Assembly: GCF_009914755.1 (NCBI RefSeq)
Contig: NC_060926.1
Direction: 5' to 3' (one strand)
Origin: the human T2T-CHM13v2.0 reference genome, Homo sapiens
DNA: 64,000 bases
Shown here: piece by piece, positions 26,186 to 40,200 of the stretch
Layout of the letters: each line of letters starts with the position of its first letter
How positions within the stretch are numbered: the first letter of the stretch is position 1
Made by a program: the position numbers and the translations under genes
Notes under the pieces: generated by a model
Seen by the model: only the letters and a program-made list of their open reading frames with translations
Database searches by the model: none
What the model was told of the DNA's origin: nothing

Positions 26186-28624
26186 ATCTGCTTTTCCTTC
26201 ACCCTTCCTTCTCACTGCTTCGCCTCTGCCGAGACACATACATTCTGCTGCCCACCAGGGAATCTTGTGAAGCTCCAATTCAGGCTTAATATCCCACTAA
26301 AGTATCAGAGCTTCATGTAGTGGCAGTCTTTTACAAACTATATATATTTATAACTCAGTAAAATACATAATAAAATTCTCTTGACCTTATCCTATGACAA
26401 ATGCTGGGGTAAAATAGTCTTCCAACAATTAAATTCACCCAAGAAACAGAATCTTATAGAGGAAGCAAACATGCCCATTGATAAAGCAAAGGAACAAACA
26501 AAGTTGGAATCGGGGAAGGGAATCTATATATAAATATATGAGATTTCTGCTCTAAAAATACACATTCTTTTATAATGAAGGTCAAATATGTACACACATA
26601 GTTATAATACAAAATAGAAAGAATCAAGTACCATGAGAGATGGAGAAATAATGTGCCATAGCAGTTCAGAGGAAACAGAAAGCATGCCTCCCAAGAAGCA
26701 ACAGTGTTGAGCAGAGAGAAAGTTAGTTTGCACAGGGGAACAGACCTGGGTTCACATCCCGAGTCCACTGCGGGCAACTTACTGACTTGTAGTTCTCAGT
26801 TTCCTCATTTCCAAAATGCCCAGAAACAGCATAGGATGTGACAAAAGACTGATGTGAAAACATGCAGCTGGATCATTTTCTACATCCAATAAATATTCTC
26901 TCTGCTCTCCTGCTTGGAAAATTAGGATTATTTAATAAAGGAGTCAGTAGTTGACATGAGCCTGAAGAATAACTACAATTTAACTAAACATGTGGAACTA
27001 GCAATAACAGTAGTTAACACTTATATAGGTCACATACTGTGCCAAAACTTCATACTTCATGCTAGAACTGTTCTAAGCAATATCTAAACACTATGTCCAT
27101 GTATATGGCATGTTACTTAGAATAATTCTGGCATAAATTATTAGCATACATGTTAACTAATATGCATGCATATATTTATATGTCTACACACACACGTGCA
27201 CGCACATACACATACACACTCACCATCCTCTTGAGAAATGCACTCTGGTCCCTATTTTAAAGTTGGGCAAATGCTAGAACAGAAAAGCTAAGTGTGTGCC
27301 TGAATTCTCACATTCAGTAAGTGGGAGAGCAATGACTAAACTTAGGCAATGTGCCCCAGAGTCCATCATCAACACCTTGCTACAGTACCATGCAGGAATA
27401 GCACCAAGACCCTAAAACAAGACTGCATGTAATGTGTCTGGCCAATGACATTGAGCAGTCTAATTTTTTGGAGTTTATAGTACATTCAGGGATTGTGAGA
27501 AATAAGACTCAAAGCAGAACAGGGCCAGCTTATAAGACCTTGCAAGTCAAGCTAAGGAACTCCATATGCCTGTCTGGCTTGATTCAAACATTGTCAACAA
27601 TGAGATCAGACCAAGTATAGAATTACCAAGCTGGATAGTCTGAAAATCACTATTTAAACTTGGGAGTGAAGCAAAGTATAAACAGGGCCTGAGTGTTCCT
27701 TAACACAGCAAGGTACAAATACATTTATCCAGCGTTAATTCCCTGCATTCGATATGGGGCATACAGACCTCCCTGGTATTGGTGCAGAGGAGCTGCTGGA
27801 AGCATGATTAATATCAGCAGTGGAAGCACTGTTGCAAACTATTGGAGAAGGCTAATCAATTCACAGTTCTAGGGGGTCCCTTTTTTCTGGATACGAAATG
27901 CTTTAATAAATACGTTGTAAAGAACTGAAGTGAAATGCAGGCTACAACAAGCATTATTTTGCCCCCTTTTCTCCTTTGTAAACAATTTATCAAATCAAAA
28001 ATAGCTTGGTACTTTAAATACAGCGTCAGAGTCTTCTTTTCAATATTATACCTTTTCTAATGAATAGTTGGATCTAGATGCTCCAGAAAGCCATGAAAAT
28101 AAAGAAAAACTCACTGAATTTCTTAGTTGAGTAAATTCACTGGTAATGTGAACTAGGGCTTGAAATAGATCTTTCTATATATGAATTCAATACCTCTGCT
28201 AACCTGTCAACAACAACAATAATAATAGCAATAACGATAACGATAACAACTGTTTAATAAACATTTGGTGTTAGAATACAGGTCCCCCAGTATTTTGCTC
28301 CAGGACTTTTTGTCTTGAACTATGACAATCTGTGCAGAAAAAGGCCAGTCTTAGAGTCAAATGCAGACAGGGCTACTGACCAGGAGTTAACACTAAGCAT
28401 CACTGCATCTTCTTGAGTCTCAGTCTCCTGTCTTAGCACATCACTATATTGCAATGATGAAAGCTTTCAGGCATTTCTGTGTGGAAGAAAAAATTAGGTG
28501 ACACTCTTGTGGATAGGAGAGGCCAGAGAATTTCTTTGACACTGAATTTGCATAGTGAGCAAGTTTTTTTTCTATTTAGATTGTGTGATTACTTGGTGCA
28601 GGTTGACAATTCTAGAGCCTTTCT

Positions 28625-28979
28625 GTCTTAGAAAGTTCTAGCTGCTATAACAAATGTACAATAGACTTAAACAACAGAAATTTATTTCCCACAGTTCTGG
28701 AGGTTGGGAAGTCCAAGATTAAGGTGCTGGAAGATCCAGTGTCTGGTAAGAGCACTTTTCCTGGTGCGCAGGTGGCTGTTTTCTCATTGCCTCCTCATAT
28801 TAGGGAAAGCCAAGATAGGGAGGGCTAGTTCTTTTTCTATTCTTAGAAAGGCACTAATTCCATCACAGAGCATTCATTCTCATGAACTAATTACCTCTCA
28901 AAATCCCCACCTCCTAATAATGTGACAGTGGCATTAGAATTTCAATGTATGAATTTGCAGGAGCGTTCAGTCTATATCA
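28625..28979 (-). mobile_element. MLT1A-type (ERVL-MaLR) LTR
   Basis: 'gctgctataacaaa...aacaacagaaatttatttcccacagttctggaggttgggaagtccaagattaagg' ... 'ttcagtctatatca'. Confidence 0.85.
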
Positions 28980-29888
28980 TCTTCTGCAAAGTCATCTTTG
29001 GAGGTCACTACAATGATGTTATGTTACTCTGAAATACAAATAAATGTATGAGTGTTTAATATATATGATTCTTTTCCCACGGTATTGTTATCTCCATTTA
29101 ATAGATGAATAGACTAAGATTCTGAAAGATGATATGAATGGCCTAAGGTGATACACGAAATAATGGTTGGAGGTGACTTTCAAGGGAACATTCCTTCAAA
29201 GCCCAGTGGTTTCACCTTGCACATGCAGCCAGCGATCCAGTGACACTTCTCAAGGGGATCTAGGGATAGCACGTGAAATGAAGAATGAAAAATCGCAACT
29301 TTGTAGAGCCACCAGCAAAACATTGCCATCAGACTTCACATTTATCTTTAGCTCAAAGGAAATAATTTCATGATAACTGATACCTGAGTTAGGCAAAATG
29401 TTTACATTTTTTGTGCTTCATAATAGACAAGCAGAAATTTCCTTTAGTGCTGTCCTCTCCTTTCTTTGCACTGTGATTTACACAAAATTCCACTGAGTTT
29501 CTGGGAACAACCATATATTCTCTACCTTCTGTATACTATAGTTTGTGCAGGTGCCAGGGATGCAAAATGAATCAGGGCAGTGGCCCTCAAAGTACTTGTT
29601 GCCTAGAAGAGGAGACCAACCTAAATACAGACATTCCAGCTCCTTTGCTGATTTCCTTCCATGACAGCAAATACCATTAGGATGAACAAGGAGAGTGCCA
29701 CCAGCTTAAACACAGAGGTTGGGGAAAAACAGAGCTGAGAATATGCTTTAAGGAATTAGTTCCCTGTTGCCTTTGGGGGAACATCTCGCAGTTTGATGTA
29801 ACAGAAGGAGAACACGGAAAGGAGAGAAAAAGCAGGAGATAATTTGGAAAGCAGAGGGCTTTATAGGGAATATTAAGAAATTTTTACT

Positions 29889-30199
<311 letters not shown>

Positions 30200-32288
30200 C
30201 TACTTTATCTTAAAGGTAATGAACTCGCTTGTCAGATTGATTAGATGGGAGTAACACTGGAGGCCAAACAACTGTCTGGAGGCTATTGCAGTGAACCAGG
30301 AAGGACACGATGAAGATGATGGTGATGATGGAGGGAGGTGGGCTGTATACCAGGTATTTCCTTGGGTTTGTGTTTACTCAAGGCCAGATCTCAGAGTTTA
30401 CAGTAAATATCCAGTAATTCTGTCTCAATTTACCAGACAAATTGGCAAGAGAAATTAATTCCTTTAGCTTGTAAAGATTTTTCCTCCTTTCTCTCTTTCT
30501 TCTTTATTCCATTATTCTTCTTGTGTTCCTTTTAAAATTTGCCTCCTCAACTGCTCATTTTCCCTAGGAAGGGAAAAATTTCATTGCTTGGGCTACTTAC
30601 AATTCAACAGAAAAAGTTGAAAGTCACCTAAGAAAAGAAAAGGAACAGAGGAGTGAAGAAGAGAGGAGGAGATCATGATAAACGTGGGTTATTATGTGGT
30701 TTTGCCAAAGGCTGTCAGTGAGCTTACATCTTCTCCATAGAGTGCTAGTTTAAGATCAAAATCTCAATAAAATGAATGATTAAAAAAGACACATGATGTC
30801 TGCCTTCATATTCCTCTTTCCTGCAAGAATCTGCTATCTCCTCAAAGATTCCCATTCAGGGAGGTGAAATTATCTTTGGCGAAAATTGACTATAGGACAG
30901 GCAAGTTGGGGCTTTTCTGCTGGTGTAGACGTTCATCCCTGGAAGTGATCCTGGAAAGCTCTGGGGAGGAAATAAGGATGAGCGAGCATCCTAGATTTAT
31001 TTAGTCATCATTTGTTTCTCATGAAACCAGCACCAGCCTTAGCTTATTCTCTGGTCAATTAAATGTAAAGGATGGCAGAAACTAGAGCCCACAGTCTGTG
31101 AGTAGTTTGTGGGGTTAACAAGCTGACTTTCTGCGGTATGGAATGGCATCAGGGATGAAACACAGACTTCATATGCTGCCCATTCACTCCTTTTGATACT
31201 TCCACCTCAAATAATTTTGAATAGTCTGGGTAACATAGGGCTTGGTGAACCTTGAACACTGACACTTTATTATTTGCCTCTCTGAAGCACTCTAGCCTGA
31301 CACTTAAGATTCCTAAATCCACTGTGGTAGTAGAAGGAGCTCTAAACTATAACGTCATACCAGTTTCCTCTTAAACTAATGACATTTCATTGAGAACATT
31401 CCTCAAAACTCCTATCCTTTGTTTTCCATCCAAAGCCATGACCAGGAAGATCTCCCATTAAGACATTATATTCAGATTCCCGAGGAGCACTATTCCCTCA
31501 AGATGCACCATGAAAACATAACAGGGCTTATAATGAAAAAAAAAAAAATAGGGAAACTAATGCTACATTTATTTCTTCATTCAACAAGGATTTATGGGCC
31601 ACCTGTTCTGCTTGAGATTTTAGGAGAAGACTCTGCTCTCATGAAGCTTAGAGTGTCATCGCAGGGAGATAGGCAAGTAAATGAATATATATGCATATAT
31701 TTAGTTTGTCAGGTGGTGATAAATGTAGGAAGGAAAATAATGCAAGACAGAGAGAAAGAGAAATCATGCTGGGAAGACAAAAAAGATTTGTCAAGATCAC
31801 TTACTAAAGCTACTGCCATGCACATAAGAACATAAAGGCATTATGAAGACTGGCAGCCTTTTCATCTTTGTTTCTATTTTTCTCTTTGCCCCAAGGCTTT
31901 ACCCTGTATACCTGAGTTAGCCTCTCCCTAGCTCTGGGCCTGGCCCTTGCTGCAATATCACTCCTTAACTCCAGGTGCTCTAATAGAAGGTTGGGCTGCC
32001 CTGCCTACTCCCATGCTCTAGTTCCCTACCTCATTGGCAAGAAAGTTGAAAAAGATTTCTATTTAATTTTTGAAAGGATAAAGGCATTGTTTTTTTTTTT
32101 TTGTTTGTTTGTTTTTTTTCTTTAGTGGAATGTGAAAAGTGTGATTTTGCTAAGAGGGTATTTCAGTCTTTTCCAGGCATGTGCCATATGTTGGAGCTGC
32201 CATACATGTTGGTGTTATCTCTCAGTGCAGAGACAGAAATATAAATATATGACACTGTTGTCAACAGTCACTTCATTACCCCCTACAC

Positions 32289-32587
32289 TTTTTTTTTATT
32301 ACTTTTTTTTTGAGACCGAGTCTCGCTCTGTTGCCCAGGCTGGAGCGCAGTTGCATGATCTTGGCTCACTGCAACCTCCGCCTCCCGGGTTCAAGCGATT
32401 CTCCTGCCTCAGCCTCCTGAGTAGCTGAGATTACAGACACGTGCCACCACGCTAATTTTTGTATTTTTAGTAGAAACGGGGTTTCACTATGTTGGCCAGG
32501 CTGTCTCACACTCCTGACTTCATGTGATCCACCTGTCTCGTCCTGCCAAATTGCTGGGATTACAGGCGTGAGCCATCGTGCCCAGCC
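32289..32587 (-). mobile_element. AluS
   Basis: Antisense dimeric Alu from the T tract to 'gtgcccagcc'. Confidence 0.93.
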
Positions 32588-35138
32588 AATTATCTCTTAC
32601 ACTTAACACAGCAGAAGTCATGCAAAATCCAGAATTTCAGAACAAACACAGCAGTAGCAACAGAGGAGTCTGGTGTCATATACATGCCGTCAATTACTTA
32701 ACAAACATTTATCTTTACATGCACAACGCCTTCAAGAACAATTTCTCTTCTGAATCATACAAACCAGTGGGCAACAAAGGCATGTTTCTCTTTGTTTCTG
32801 GGTTGATGTACATAATATCAGTTGTCATATTTTATCTTCTAGTACTAAGTGGCTCAGACACTTATCATTATCATAGGGATGCTGATAGACTACTTATATA
32901 CAAAAGTTCATAGTGTTCTAGGAAGAATTTTGAGAACTTTATTCAGAAACTTCATTCTAAATTAGTGTTTGGTTGTTAAAGCCATAAATAGGCAGAGGCC
33001 CAATGGTGATTTAGGTTCTTCCACATGTACCTTAAAATAACTTTATCAATGCCCTTTCTTGGTGCTTGTAACTCTTGACTTTCAATAAATTCTATTTGTA
33101 CTTACGTTATTGATGGAGGAGATTTAATGCAAATAATTCACAGGCAAGGACATTTGTTCATCAAAGTAGAAGAAGGATGAGAAAATGGAATATAGAAGTA
33201 ATAACTTTCATGGGGCAGTGAGGGTAGCGATGCAGTAGCTCCATGGTCATGGGGCACTGCCCCTACGGGAAGCTGGGCTTTTCTGCCTGGGGCCAGGTGC
33301 TGGTCACTCTGACAACACTGGAGTCTCCAGTGGGAGAGTCACTTAATGGAAGACATTACCCCCTGCAACCTTCACGGGTTTACTGAGTAACTTCTGCTGA
33401 CAAGTTCTATTATATCCCCTCACTAAGAATAAAAAGGGATATAACTGATGGTTTAGGAAGGGGTTCCAGGAGTGTATTAGGAGACTCTATATTGATAAGA
33501 TTTGCATCAGAAATAACTTTCACAGGGGTAAAAGAATAACAAAGTGGTCCATGTTAGGATCCCTTCATATTTCATTTTCTGAAGTGGCCACATCAAGCTT
33601 CAGGAGAATGAATGACAGTGAAGGCCAGGACAAGGAGACTAGGAGGAAAATGTCAAGTTGACCACTGGTGGCACGGGAGCACATGTGTCACAGAAGATGT
33701 GCCAAGGCTGGGCTGGGAATGAGGAAGCACTAATACCCACTGAAGGGAATTTTTACTGCCAGAGACAGAGGCATAAACAAATACACCTTCAGCGTCCCAG
33801 GTACACAACTCCAACAGAGTAAGAGCACAGAGTCGATAGCGACTCCCTGAGAGAAGGGAGAGAACATGAGCACGTGATTGTCACTAGCACAGCTCTGAGA
33901 GCCTATACCCACACAACTGGTGGTGAGATCAGACTGGAATGCCAGCTTTTCTCTAGTGTTGGCTGAAATCCTTGTGTTGTTTCTCTAATCTGGAGGTCAT
34001 AACCAGGCAAAGCAAGCAGGGTGGCAAGTGGTGCCAATCAGTCATTCCCCTCTTGCCAACTGTTAAGATACAACAGGATTCTTAGACAGCAATCAAATTC
34101 TGAGTGGTCTTTTAAGCTAATCAAATAACTGTCGCTATTAAACGACAAGTAGATACACACATATGCACTTATGATATAATAGACCCTGTGCTCCAAATAA
34201 GGAAGAGTGGGGGAAAAGGAGAGTTCTATTGTTTAACTCTCATTTTTGTCTCCTCAAATCTATCATTTCAGAGTTCCTCTTAGCTACCAGTAGTGGCCAG
34301 TGCCTAAAACCTATTTCTCTCATTTTCTTTTCTATAAACGCCTGTCTGAAATCCATTTTTGCGCTGCTCTGAATAGCAGTTTGGAACTTTGAAGGCTGAA
34401 TGGGTTTGTCAATTTTAGCTTTAAGTCTGTGGTTTGCATGTTAATTACCCTTTGCCTTATTAAATGTATCTTCTTAAATTAGAAAAGAAAACCAATCATT
34501 TCTAATTACCTCTGTGCTGCTAGTTCCTCCTTAACTTTAGTTTGTACTCTTCTGGGGGGACATCCCTTTGAAAGTCATTCAGAAAATGTAAGTGTCATTG
34601 ACACATTCCTTATATGTGGCTCGAGGTATTAGCAGGTCGTTGCTTCAGCATACACTGTCATACAAAGATATTTTTACAAGTATTTTCTATTGGAACCCGC
34701 CTTTCTTTTTTTTCTCTCTGTCTTTCTTTCTCTTGAAGAGTATTGCATGTATTGAAGAACCTACAAAATGAAGTGTCATCTGCATATGTATTAGATGTAA
34801 GATTCACATCTTCCCTGGAGACTTCATTTTCTCTATTTTCTTGATGAGTAAACAGATTAAGAAAAGTTTTTTTTATGTTTCTTTGTTCATTCATTCACCC
34901 AGTTATTCAGCAAGTCTTTAATAACAGTATGTGCAGCATTAAGATGCTGTTTGTAAATTGACTGATTTTGAAAAAAGTACACATATTTGGCTTGGGTTAC
35001 TGAAATCCATTTCAATATACCTTTAAGAAATACTGTGCTCCATGCACTGTTCTAGACAATGCAGTTTAAAACGAGATACAATCCAGATTCAAAGAGGAAT
35101 TACAGTCCGGGTGCCTTGCTGGGGATGACAGGGCAAAT

Positions 35139-35503
35139 CGTATTAGTCCGGTCTCATGCTGCTAATAAAGACATGCCCGAGACTGGGTAGTTTATAAAAG
35201 AAGGAGGTTTAATTGACTCACAGTTCCACATGGCTAGGGAGGCCTCACAATTATGGAAGAAGGCTAAGAAGGACCAAACGCACGTCTTACATGGCAGCAG
35301 GTAAGAAAGCATGTGCAGGGGAACTGCCCTTTCTAAAACTATCAGGTCTCGTGAGACTTATTCACTAGCACGAGAATAGCATGGAAAAAAACCCACCCCC
35401 GTGATTCAATCACCTCCCACTGGGTCCCTCTCATGACAGGTGGGGGTTATGGGAGCAACATTTCAAGATGAGATTTTGGTGGGGACACAGCCAAACCGTA
35501 TCC
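35139..35503 (-). mobile_element. THE1 (ERVL-MaLR) solo LTR
   Basis: 'gtattagtccggtctcatgctgctaataaagacatgcccgagactggg' ... 'gtggggacacagccaaaccgtatc'. Confidence 0.9.
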
Positions 35504-37124
35504 GCAGGGATGTTAGGATTAGCACCCAAAGTTCATCTCTTTTCTTTCCCACTGCTTCTCTTAACATGGACCCTTAGGCAAGGTGGTGTGTTTGGCAGAG
35601 CACCAGACTTGCAACAGAGTCTCCCTGAAAATTCCCGACATCCCCTGTCAAGGTCACTGATGCAGAATTTTGTTGTTGTACCTGTCATTTCTTGCACAGA
35701 CTGTAGTTAGGCAAATTAATAACATCTGCCTGGTGGCACCGGGATACTTGTAATCTCACTGCCAGTCAAAGTCAACAGTGTAGGTCGGCTGGCTACAGTG
35801 AATTCACAGAATCCAAATGAGTGGCTCTGGTGGCAGCCAGCTCAGACCTGTCCACTCTCCACTGATCAGTCCCAGCACCAATCTTGCCTTAGCCTCACAG
35901 TGTCTCCCCATACCATGACCTGCTTAACAAAGTCAAGGAAGAGCATCAGCACCTTTGTGTGACCACAGGTTCTTCCATTCATTAACCAAACAGTGTTGAA
36001 CACTTAGGAATGACTGAGTGGCAGAAGGGCAGGGGGTGAATGCTGACTGATACTCTTTTCTTTCACTTCTGGCATATTCTTCTGTGTGTCAATCCCGAGT
36101 AAGCTCTCCCTGTGATCTCCTTTCTATGTGCTTATTTTCTTTTCTAATATTCAGGCCAAATATGGTGGAGAGTTCTTGGAAGAAGATGGGAGATTGAGAT
36201 TCTCTTTGAAGAGCAAATTTCACTCTCTCTGTGACCATTACAAGAAACTTAACTTCTCTAAGCCTCAAGTTCTTTAACTCCAGGGAAGGAAAGACAAACT
36301 CCTAAACTGTGTTTCCGTGTAAGGATAAGATCAGTGAACAGCTTTGTTAAGAATCATATGAATGATATTTGAGAGTAACAAATATAATAACATTTATCTC
36401 ATTATAACTTTAAAAGGTCTATGGATAAATTCAGTATATTAGTACTTAAGGTTGTGGGGGTGGCGGGTGGGGGCGGCTGGGGAAAAGAGAAAAATCAAAT
36501 TTCTGAGAACTAGTGCATATAATATCATTCAGAATTGTAAATGGAAAGGACCTGCACTGATTTTGCAGTGTGTTCTTGCCATTAATCTCTCTGAGCCCCA
36601 GGGTTTTCCTCATGAGGCGGCGAGACTACATTAATGAGCCACATGTTTGTAAGATGTACTGCAAATTCAGAAGGATTAAATACATGTGGAGGGGCGGGAA
36701 CAGGGTGTCTCTTTTAGTGAGGAAGTGGGCTGAAACCTTCTTTGATGATAAGTGGGACAAAGTGAACTAATACATGCAAAGAGCCTAGCAAGTGCCTGGC
36801 ATGGAGGAGACCCTTGAAAACGGTAGCTATGATGCAGCCACTGCAATTACTTGGTTGCAGAAACCGGACTCCACTTATATATGCAGGTGATTATGGGAGT
36901 GAAGTAAAAGGGTCACTAGACTCTCATCAGAATCTCTATAATCTAGTCTCAACTTCTGATAATTTTTTTTACTTACGACCTCGGATCACTTAACCTCTCC
37001 AAAATTAAGTTTTCTCACCTTTAAAATGAAGATAAAACAGCCTACCTACTTCACAAGAATGCTGTGATCAAATGAATTGATGAATGTTCTTTGTAGTTAT
37101 TCGTGGCCTCACACTGTCAAGAAA

Positions 37125-37970
37125 AGTACTGATCTGGTTTCCATCCTCAGAGCTTAGGTCTGCCTAGTTTAGAATTTTATATGCATGGAATCGTGCTGTT
37201 TGCACTCTTTATGGCTGGCTTATTTTGCTCAACTAGTGTGTTGTTGCAGGGATCAGCACTTTGTTACTTTTTATTGTTGAGTAATATTCCAATCTACTAA
37301 TATTCTGTATTAAATTTCCTGTCTTGCTAGGCTCTAGAAGTGGAAAATTAGATTTTTAATTTTATGTTGTTCTTCTTATGTACAAAGCACTGAAGCCACA
37401 AGTTTTTCTCTAAGGTCTGCTTTAACTGTGTCCCACAAGCTTTGATACAGTGTTTTTATCACCATGCAATTCAAACTAATTTCTAATTTCCGTTTAGATT
37501 TCTTCTTTGACCTACGGGTTACATAAAACTGTGTTGATTAACTTCCAAATATTTGAGGTTTTTCTAGATAATTTATTATTGATTCCTAATTTAATTCAAT
37601 TGTGGTTAAAAAACAAACTGTACGGTTTTAACTAAGACCTATCTTATTGTGCAGGATATGGTCTCAGTGAAGGTACTGTGTGGACTTTAAACTAATGTAT
37701 AATCTGTAGTTGTTGAATGGAGTGTTACATGAATGTAAATTAGGTCAATTTTACTGATAATGTTATTTGAATCTTTCATATCCTTTCTGATTTTTTGTCC
37801 TCTTGTATAATTCCATTTTCTGTACTTTCCATCCTTTTTGGTTTTGTTCGCATATATTTTCCTTCTACATGCCTTGCAAACATTACAAGATATTATTTTT
37901 TGAAAAACTATGAACTGACTTTTAAAATGTTTAAGAAAGAAAAATAGTCTTTTATATTTAACCATGCAGT
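37125..37970 (-). mobile_element. Old L1M fragments
   Basis: T-rich antisense L1 motifs such as 'ctgctttaactgtgtcccacaag' and 'tttcttctttgacc'. Boundaries approximate. Confidence 0.55.
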
Positions 37971-37974
37971 TTTC

Positions 37975-38640
37975 ATTTTATTTTTAAATTGATGGGTAAT
38001 ACTTGTACATAGTTATGGTGTGCATGTGATATTTTGATACATACACAGAATGTGCAAAGATCAAGTCAGGGTATTTGGGATATCCATCAGCTCAAGCATT
38101 TATCATTTATTTGTATTGGGAATAATTCAAATCACCTTTCCTAGCTATTTTAAAATATATAATACATGTTGTTGTTAACTATAGTCACTCTACTGTGCTA
38201 TTAAACATTAGAACATATTTCTTCTATCTAACTACATGTTTGTACCCATTAACCAATCTTTTTTCATCCCAACCTCACATATACCTTTCCTGGCTTCTGG
38301 TAACTATCATTCTACTCTACCTCCATGAGATCAACTTACTTTTAGCTCTCACATATGAGTGCAGACATGTGAAGCTTGTCTTTCTGTAGCTGGCTTATTT
38401 TACTTAATATAATAACCTCCAGTTCCGTCCATGTTGTTGCAAATGACATGATTTCATCCTTTTTTATGGCTGAATAATACATATACTACATTTCCTCTAA
38501 CTATTCATCTATTGATGGACACGCATTGTTTCTATATCTTTGCTGTTGTAAGTAGTGCTGTGATAAACATGGGGGTGCAGGTATCCTTTTGATATACTAA
38601 TTTCCTTTCCTTTTGATACATTTTCACTAGAGGGATTGAG
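37975..38640 (-). mobile_element. L1MA-type 3' fragment
   Basis: 'gtgcatgtgatattttgatac', 'cctccagttccgtccatgttgttgcaaatgacatgatttc' and 'aaacatgggggtgcaggtatcc'. Confidence 0.8.
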
Positions 38641-39292
38641 AGCTCATCATTCCTTCCTATACACCACAAATTTTACCTGGCATCAATTTCTTCTACTTTT
38701 GTATTAGCATTTCTTAGCAGCTTTATAGCTAATAAATTATTTATTTTGTTCATGGAACTGTTTCTTTTCCTTCATATTTGAAAGCTATTTTTTTGAGGGT
38801 GGGTTGTAGAGGTCAGGGGAAAGCTTCCTCTCTTCTTTCTAAAGGTTCACTGAAAACTAACAAATGTAACAAATTAACAATGGCAGGATACTAGAAAGAA
38901 AAGGCATATCAGTGTATTTAACATGGATAAGCCCAGGGGAGTTGCTAGAGACTCAATAACTCAATGAGGTTCAGGTACTTCAATACCCTTCTTCACAGGG
39001 GAAAGGGAGATGGCAGAAATGTGGTAATTTTGAAGAGCAGTAAACTATTTTCAGGGAAAATGGATGTACCCAGTACTCAGACTATTTTTAATAAATAATT
39101 CTTTTTAGGCATTGTATAGGATTAGAGATAAAGATCATCTGGGTTCTAGGTGTGGTGTTTAATTTTTAGTTTTTTCCTCTCTGTAATATGAGTTGCAATC
39201 TTCCCTACTTAATTACATTTCAGGGAGGGGATTGAAGACAATTGTGTTTCTCTTTGGTGGGTTCAGTTTCCAAGTAGATAAAAGAACTTCGG

Positions 39293-40200
39293 GAGGAGGA
39301 GCCAAGATGGCCGAATAGGAACAGCTCCGGTCTACAGCTCCCAGCGTGAGCGACGCAGAAGATGGGTGATTTCTGCATTTCCATCTGAGGTACTGGGTTC
39401 ATCTCACTAGGGAGTGCCAGACAGTGGGCGCAGGTCAGTGGGTGCGCGCACCGTACGCCAGCCGAAGCAGGGCGAGGCATTGCCTCACTTGGGAAGCGCA
39501 AGGGGTCAGGGAGTTCCCTTTCCGAGTCAAAGAAAGGGGTGACGGAAGGCACCTGGAAAATCGGGTCACTCCCACCCGAATACTGCGCTTTTCCGACGGG
39601 CTTAAAAAACGGCACACCACGAGATTATATCTCGCACCTGGCTCGGAGGGTCCTACGCCCACGGAGTCTCGCTGATTGCTAGCACAGCAGTCTGAGATCA
39701 AACTGCAAGGCCGCAGCGAGGCTGGGGGAGGGGCGCCCGCCATTGCCCAGGCTTGCTTAGGTAAACAAAGCAGCCGGGAAGCTCGGACTGGGTGGAGCCC
39801 ACCACAGCTCAAGGAGGCCTGCCTGCCTCTGTAGGCTCCACCTCTGGGGGCAGGGCACAGACAAACAAAAAGACAGCAGTAACCTCTGCAGACTTAAATG
39901 TCTCTGTCTGACAGCTTTGAAGAGAGCAGTGGTTCTCCCAGCACGCAGCTGGAGATCTGAGAACGGGCAGACTGCCTCCTCAAGTGGGTCGCTGACCCCT
40001 GACCCCCGAGCAGCCTAACTGGGAGGCACCCCCCAGCAGGGGGGCACACTGACACCTCACAAGGCAGGGTATTCCAACAGACCTGCAGCTGAGGGTCCTG
40101 TCTGTTAGAAGGAAAACTAACAAACAGAAAGGACATCCACACCAAAAACCCATCTGTACATCACCATCATCAAAGACCAAAAGTAGATAAAACCACAAAG
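39293..40200 (+). promoter_or_regulatory. L1 5'UTR internal sense promoter plus antisense promoter, CpG-rich
   Basis: Intact YY1 motif at ~39303-39313 and many retained CpGs; promoter activity is established for this L1 family but not shown for this copy. Confidence 0.75.
39435..39743 (-). CDS. L1 ORF0-like antisense ORF (102 aa)
   Basis: MAGAPPPASLRPCSLISDCCASNQRDSVGVGPSEPG... matches the primate L1 ORF0 N-terminus; ATG at 39743-39741. Confidence 0.6.
   Translation of the reverse strand: MAGAPPPASLRPCSLISDCCASNQRDSVGVGPSEPGARYNLVVCRFLSPSEKRSIRVGVTRFSRCLPSPLSLTRKGNSLTPCASQVRQCLALLRLAYGARTH

Noticed and set aside
31419-31835. 138-aa ORF
   Set aside because: Non-ATG start, runs through a poly(A) and an L2-like fragment, and resembles no protein I recognise.
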